A stretch of DNA of 19,446 nucleotides from Candidatus Thorarchaeota archaeon (GTDB taxonomy: Archaea; Asgardarchaeota; Thorarchaeia; Thorarchaeales; Thorarchaeaceae): the NCBI GenBank assembly GCA_048884785.1, contig JBHLQM010000027.1, positions 16,229 through 35,674 of the forward strand. Reading direction: 5' to 3'. The stretch's first letter is position 1, and each line of letters opens with the position of its first letter. The position numbers and the translations under genes are program-made. Positions 15,236 to 19,446 of this stretch are shown one piece after another. The notes beneath the pieces are model-generated. The model ran no database searches and was not told where the DNA came from. It saw only the letters and a program-made list of their open reading frames with translations.

Positions 15236-16249
15236 TCAGCAAACTCTTGGTATGGGTTCTCCATAGGGAACCTGAATGATTTTTGTTCCACCTATCTGTG
15301 TCTTCATGATTACCCGAGGTTTGCCTTCTCTGACTTTGCCAACAACTTGTGGGGACTTTGTAGGTTTATGTCCACGAAGAGCTGAGAGAATGTCATCAGT
15401 GCTACTGCTTTCCACGGTCATCAGGACCGTGCCTTCGTTGCTCATATGTAATGGGTTGAGTCCAAGAATCTCACACAATGACCGCACCTCAGGGCGGACT
15501 GGTATCAATTCTTCTTCAATTTGAAATTCATGTCCAGATTTCTTGGCAATTTCATTAAGTGCAACAGCAGTACCTCCTCGAGTAGGATCCTTCATGGCAT
15601 GTATGCCACCTACATCAAGACATGTCCTGATAGGTTCCCATAGAGGTGCGATATCGCTTACTAGATTTGTATCGAATTCAAGTCCCTCTCTGTGCGCTAG
15701 GAGTGTAGTTCCATGGTCGCCAATAGGTCCTGTCAGAATGATATCGTCCCCAGGCTTTGCTCCACTGTCAGTGATTGGTCTATCTAAGTAAAGCTCACCA
15801 ATTCCGGTTGTTGACATAACAACTCCATCCAGTGTGCCCCTAGGCATCACTTTTGTGTCGCCAGCAATCATTGCGACTCCAAGAGGTTCAATAATGTCAT
15901 TCAGTGATTTTAGGATAATGCGGAGCGTTTCTACTTCAAAGCCTTCTTCAACAATGAGCGTATTAGTCATTGCAACAGGACGGGCGCCCATAACAGACAG
16001 ATCATTGATTGTCCCGCATGCGCTGATTGTGCCAATATTTCCTCCGGGAAAGAATATTGGATGCACTGTATGAGCGTCTGCACACACTATGACCTTGTCA
16101 CCATCGATCTTCAATGTGGCACCATCATCCATTTCATCAAGGCCAACAGTACCAACCTTCCTTCGGCCAAAGGAGGGAATGATGGTTTCCTCTAAGAGCC
16201 GCTGCATCACCCTGCCACCTGCCCCATGTGCAGTTTCAATCTTGCTCAT
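15236..16249 (-). CDS. hypE: [NiFe]-hydrogenase maturation carbamoyl dehydratase HypE
   Basis: AHGAGG, DDGA, PIFFPGGNIG, GTINDL, GDTKV, GPIGDHG, MKDPTRGG, NEG and C-terminal PRVC (catalytic Cys). Start at 16249 or 16258. Confidence 0.97.
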   Translation of the reverse strand: MSKIETAHGAGGRVMQRLLEETIIPSFGRRKVGTVGLDEMDDGATLKIDGDKVIVCADAHTVHPIFFPGGNIGTISACGTINDLSVMGARPVAMTNTLIVEEGFEVETLRIILKSLNDIIEPLGVAMIAGDTKVMPRGTLDGVVMSTTGIGELYLDRPITDSGAKPGDDIILTGPIGDHGTTLLAHREGLEFDTNLVSDIAPLWEPIRTCLDVGGIHAMKDPTRGGTAVALNEIAKKSGHEFQIEEELIPVRPEVRSLCEILGLNPLHMSNEGTVLMTVESSSTDDILSALRGHKPTKSPQVVGKVREGKPRVIMKTQIGGTKIIQVPYGEPIPRVC

Positions 16250-16394
16250 CGTGAACATCTCCGAGTGGATATAGCGTATCGGTCCACATTTATGAAGGGT
16301 CGCTTTATGCCACTATTGATAGGCATGGTCAGTGAGCAAGATTTAAAACATCTCTATAGTGAGCGACACTGAAATTTCTAAGAGGTAGTCTAAG

Positions 16395-16772
16395 ATGGGA
16401 ATCTGGCACGGAAGATCCGGACGCACATCCACCGGCGCACGAATAAAGAAATTCAGAGGCAAGAGAAAACATCAGATGGGACGAGTCCCAACTGAAACCC
16501 TGATGGGTGAGCCTAAGAGAAGAGCTATTGATAGCAAGGGCAAATCAAAGAAGATGCCTGCCATCACTGTCAAGTACGTAAATGTCACAGATCCAAAGAA
16601 GAATACGACCGTCCGTGCAGAGATTCAAGATGTGGAGAACAACCCAGCCAACATGGACTACCAGAGAAGAAAGGTCATCACAAGAGGAACCATCATCAAA
16701 ACAACGGCTGGAAAGGCAATGGTGACCAGTCGGCCAGGGCAAGATGGAATTCTAAATGCTGTACTTGTTTAG
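16395..16772 (+). CDS. rps8e: 30S ribosomal protein S8e
   Basis: MGIWHGRS.R..TG, KRK..MGR.PTET, ENNPAN.DY.RR.VITRGTII.T..GKA.VTSRPGQDG.LNAVL. SD GAGGT. Confidence 0.98.
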   Translation: MGIWHGRSGRTSTGARIKKFRGKRKHQMGRVPTETLMGEPKRRAIDSKGKSKKMPAITVKYVNVTDPKKNTTVRAEIQDVENNPANMDYQRRKVITRGTIIKTTAGKAMVTSRPGQDGILNAVLV

Positions 16773-16832
16773 TGATGGTGATCAGATTCTTCAGTGTGTC
16801 AATTACCCTTTTCCTTCTATTCAGAACAGAGG

Positions 16833-17213
16833 TTAGGCAACTTCACCCACAAGATCTGTGATTATGAACTCCTTGCCGCCTATGATTTCAGTAGAACTGC
16901 TCTTGCATCTGGGACATTTCATGGGAGAGAATACAGCAATCTGAGGGGAAACATCTGAGTCCATTTGGGATTCTCCCTCAAACCCACATTCACTGCAACG
17001 CAGTCTACCTCTCTTCTTCGTGATTCTCAGTTCGGCGCCTTCTATTATCGAATTTTTACTTGCTATCTCAAAATTAAACATCAATTGTTCAGGTACCAGA
17101 AAAGTGAACTCACCCACTTGGACATTGACTGCCGTCACTTTGATGACATTGTTCTGTTTTGCGGCTTCGGCTGCGGTTTCAACTATTTGAAGAGCTGCTG
17201 AGAATTCATGCAT
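16833..17213 (-). CDS. hypA: Hydrogenase maturation nickel metallochaperone HypA
   Basis: N-terminal MHE Ni site, VGE, CSEC and CPRC Zn site, GG.E. Confidence 0.96.
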   Translation of the reverse strand: MHEFSAALQIVETAAEAAKQNNVIKVTAVNVQVGEFTFLVPEQLMFNFEIASKNSIIEGAELRITKKRGRLRCSECGFEGESQMDSDVSPQIAVFSPMKCPRCKSSSTEIIGGKEFIITDLVGEVA

Positions 17214-17344
17214 GTTGCTTCAACCTAAGAAACTTGCGAGCTGATTTCATTAAGTGGTTTCTGTTTTAATACATATTCAGACCCTTTATATGAAATCATG
17301 TTGATGACTAGCCATTCTGATGTGCCTTGAAGGGAGATAATACT

Positions 17345-18001
17345 TTGTCGAAAACCGATAGGACTTCAAAGAAAGTAAAGGACGCGACCTCTAAGAAAGC
17401 AACCACGAAGACAGATCCAAAGAAGACCATCTCAAAATCAAAATCATCCAAAAAGACCAGTCCAAAAAAGAAAACACCTGCAAAGAAAGATAGCAAAGAG
17501 AAATCCAAAACAAGTAGCAAAGCAGCCACGTCGGTTTCCTCAAAAAGGCCACTCAAAAAGTCCGAATCACTAAAAGTAATACCCGGTCCCAAGACGGTGC
17601 TAGGCAAACCTCAGGCGAGCAGGCAGTCTGCAACAAATGAGATACTTAATGAACTGGCAACGGAAATTCGAAGTGACGATGAACAGGTTCGCTTAGGCGC
17701 ACTAGAAAGAATTGCAGTAATTGAAGGAGTTCAAGCCACAACTCTGCTGACTGAAGCATTGAAAGATTCAAAGTATATGGTAAGAATACATGCTGCTGCA
17801 GAGCTTGGTGAGAGAAAGGACAAAAAAGCAATCGACCCTCTCATAGGGGCCCTTGATGATGAGTCTGTTTTTGTTCGTCAGGCAGCGGCTGGAGCACTTG
17901 AGAGTATTGGAGGAGCAAAAGCAAAGAAAGCGGTTGCCGCTGCGGAGAAAGCGGGCCTTCTACTTGATGAGCTTCCAGAAGGCAAGCGTCTAGATAGCTG
18001 A
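17345..18001 (+). CDS. HEAT (PBS-lyase-type) repeat protein with Lys/Ser/Thr-rich N-terminal tail
   Basis: Three repeats: SDDEQVRLGALERI, LKDSKYMVRIHAAAELG, LDDESVFVRQAAAGALESIG. N-terminal ~76 aa carry 26 Lys (hand count). TTG at 17345 after GGGAGA; ORF track start is 17327. Confidence 0.85.
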   Translation: MSKTDRTSKKVKDATSKKATTKTDPKKTISKSKSSKKTSPKKKTPAKKDSKEKSKTSSKAATSVSSKRPLKKSESLKVIPGPKTVLGKPQASRQSATNEILNELATEIRSDDEQVRLGALERIAVIEGVQATTLLTEALKDSKYMVRIHAAAELGERKDKKAIDPLIGALDDESVFVRQAAAGALESIGGAKAKKAVAAAEKAGLLLDELPEGKRLDS

Positions 18002-18114
18002 ATGAAGCTTTAAAATGAAGATTTAGCGGACTAGTTGAGTGTAAGGACAGCAACATTTGTCTTATATTCAAACAGGGTAATGCAGCATAGACCGATTCAT
18101 TGAGGTTACTGCAA

Positions 18115-18660
18115 ATGTCAAATCCACCTGATGATGTGAAACAGATTGAGGCCGCCATTAAAGATCTCGATTTAGACTATATGAGGGGATGGATATCAGA
18201 GGCCGAATACAATCAAAAACTCGCAGACCTTAAGGAGCAGCTAATTGCGGCTGGAGGCACTCCTACAACAAGTTCAGCGCCTTCAATAGTAAAGCCTTCA
18301 GACCTCTCCGATGCTAAACTTCATCCACGCCCGTCTGATAGGAAAGCAACATTGGACCCCGTCAATGCGGTCAAGAGAACAGTGCAGGCGATGAGAAGGA
18401 TATCGATTGAGAGGATTGCTCAAGATTCAGGAGTTCCCGCTCACGAGGTTTCCAAGATACTCTTAGATCTTCTTGATGGAAGAGAGATTTCGGGGCGTGT
18501 GGATCATGATTCGGGAGATTTCATTCTAGGAACAGGCTCAGGACCAGCACCAAAGACAGTTCATGGGTGCCCCTATTGCCGAGCAGAACTAAATCGAGTT
18601 GCAGTGAAAGGAGACACAATCACCTGTGGCGTGTGTCGTCAATCGTTCATCGTTTCCTAA
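18115..18660 (+). CDS. SHOCT-like helix pair + PCI-like winged helix + C-terminal Zn ribbon protein
   Basis: G.ISEAEYNQK...L (SHOCT-like); RISIERIAQDSGVP..EV.KIL.DLL...EISGRVD..SG.F (PCI/WH-like); CPYC...CGVC. ATG at 18115 follows GAGGT. Confidence 0.72.
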   Translation: MSNPPDDVKQIEAAIKDLDLDYMRGWISEAEYNQKLADLKEQLIAAGGTPTTSSAPSIVKPSDLSDAKLHPRPSDRKATLDPVNAVKRTVQAMRRISIERIAQDSGVPAHEVSKILLDLLDGREISGRVDHDSGDFILGTGSGPAPKTVHGCPYCRAELNRVAVKGDTITCGVCRQSFIVS

Positions 18661-18727
18661 TAGTATTTCCGTAGAAGTTTCTCTCAACAGATATATTCGA
18701 GTAGTGACTTGATAGAATCGATGTTCT

Positions 18728-19446
18728 ATGAACCTAGTTGAGGCCTGTCTGAAAGCAAACGAAACAGCCGCCTTAGAAGCGCTAAAGGATATGTTGTCCC
18801 GCGCTCAGCCATCTGCAATTTGGGCAATACTTCTGCATGCGGCATCGTGGCATGAACAGCGGACCTACGACACGCCTCATTCCAGTATTCTTATGTACGC
18901 AATACATAGAATGATTGAAGACTTGGGGCCTCATTCTAAATTGCTAGTTGAAGAACATGAGTTGGTACCTGTCGTTGTACCGTCAGAACTAAAGAAGCAT
19001 TTACAGCTAGCACTTATTCAGCGCCTGACCCAGAATCTTACAGCTGTGGACCATTATTTACCAGAGCGGGGGCCCAGATATGATGTGAAATCAGGCATTG
19101 ACTCTCCCGGGAATCTCATGCGCAAATTCACACAGTCAATCAGAGAAAAGAGCGTAGTTGGAGCCATGGAAGCAGGTATTGGACTGGTGTCAATGGACCA
19201 GACTCAGAGATTCGCACGATTGGCGCTTTCAATGGCGGCAGAGCATCCGGATAACCTTGGACATGGTTTCATCATGCCTGTATCACTGTTGGTGGAACTG
19301 CCTGAGGCAAAATACAGGCATCCAGTAAATGCAGCGCTCTGGCATCTCATGGAATATATGGTGAGGAAAGTTCCGAGCAAGAGCCCTGAGAAGTATGCGC
19401 CTGATGACCAATCTAAGCACCCTGCTGAGCCCGTAAATATGACACC
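18728..19446 (+). CDS. Partial CDS (runs off the window end): hypothetical helical repeat protein with conserved His motifs
   Basis: Not in the ORF track. Open for 239 codons from ATG 18728: MNLVEACLKANETAALEALKDMLSRAQPSAIWAILLHAASWHEQRTYDTPHSSIL...LALSMAAEHPDNLGHGFIMP... Confidence 0.75.
   Translation, partial: MNLVEACLKANETAALEALKDMLSRAQPSAIWAILLHAASWHEQRTYDTPHSSILMYAIHRMIEDLGPHSKLLVEEHELVPVVVPSELKKHLQLALIQRLTQNLTAVDHYLPERGPRYDVKSGIDSPGNLMRKFTQSIREKSVVGAMEAGIGLVSMDQTQRFARLALSMAAEHPDNLGHGFIMPVSLLVELPEAKYRHPVNAALWHLMEYMVRKVPSKSPEKYAPDDQSKHPAEPVNMT

Noticed and set aside
15236-17213. hypE and hypA flanking rps8e as a novel functional module
   Set aside because: Scattered hyp genes are common in archaea and rps8e is on the opposite strand, so no link is supported.
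265-18158. Numerous short antisense or alternate-frame ORFs in the track (e.g. 501-905, 1954-2313, 6128-6517, 7965-8408, 9449-9877, 17308-17607)
   Set aside because: They overlap well-supported genes, have the S/F/I-rich composition typical of antisense frames and show no recognisable motifs.

Overview
Gene-dense archaeal chromosomal segment with Shine-Dalgarno-like GGAGG/GAGGTGA sites, TATA boxes, rpS8e and an ADP-forming acyl-CoA synthetase. The gene content points to an Asgard archaeon, most plausibly Thorarchaeia; this is an inference, not a phylogenetic result. Gene order: partial radical-SAM-like gene (-), acdA-acdB, a 397-aa helical repeat protein, uppS, then a compact cluster (about 4.6-8.9 kb) of four different Roadblock/LC7 proteins, an MglA-family small GTPase and a Sec23/Sec24-like Zn-finger/vWA/beta-sandwich protein. 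These are followed by smc-scpA-scpB, a divergent MarR/membrane-protein pair with four palindromic operators, hypE, rps8e, hypA, a HEAT-repeat protein with a histone-H1-like Lys-rich tail, a SHOCT + PCI-like winged-helix + Zn-ribbon protein and a partial His-repeat helical protein. The best candidate for an undescribed system is the Roadblock x4 / MglA / Sec23-24-like locus, which could be a GTPase-switched proto-coat or adaptor module. No rRNA, tRNA, CRISPR array or mobile element was recognised. All family assignments come from motif recognition by eye; no database search was run.
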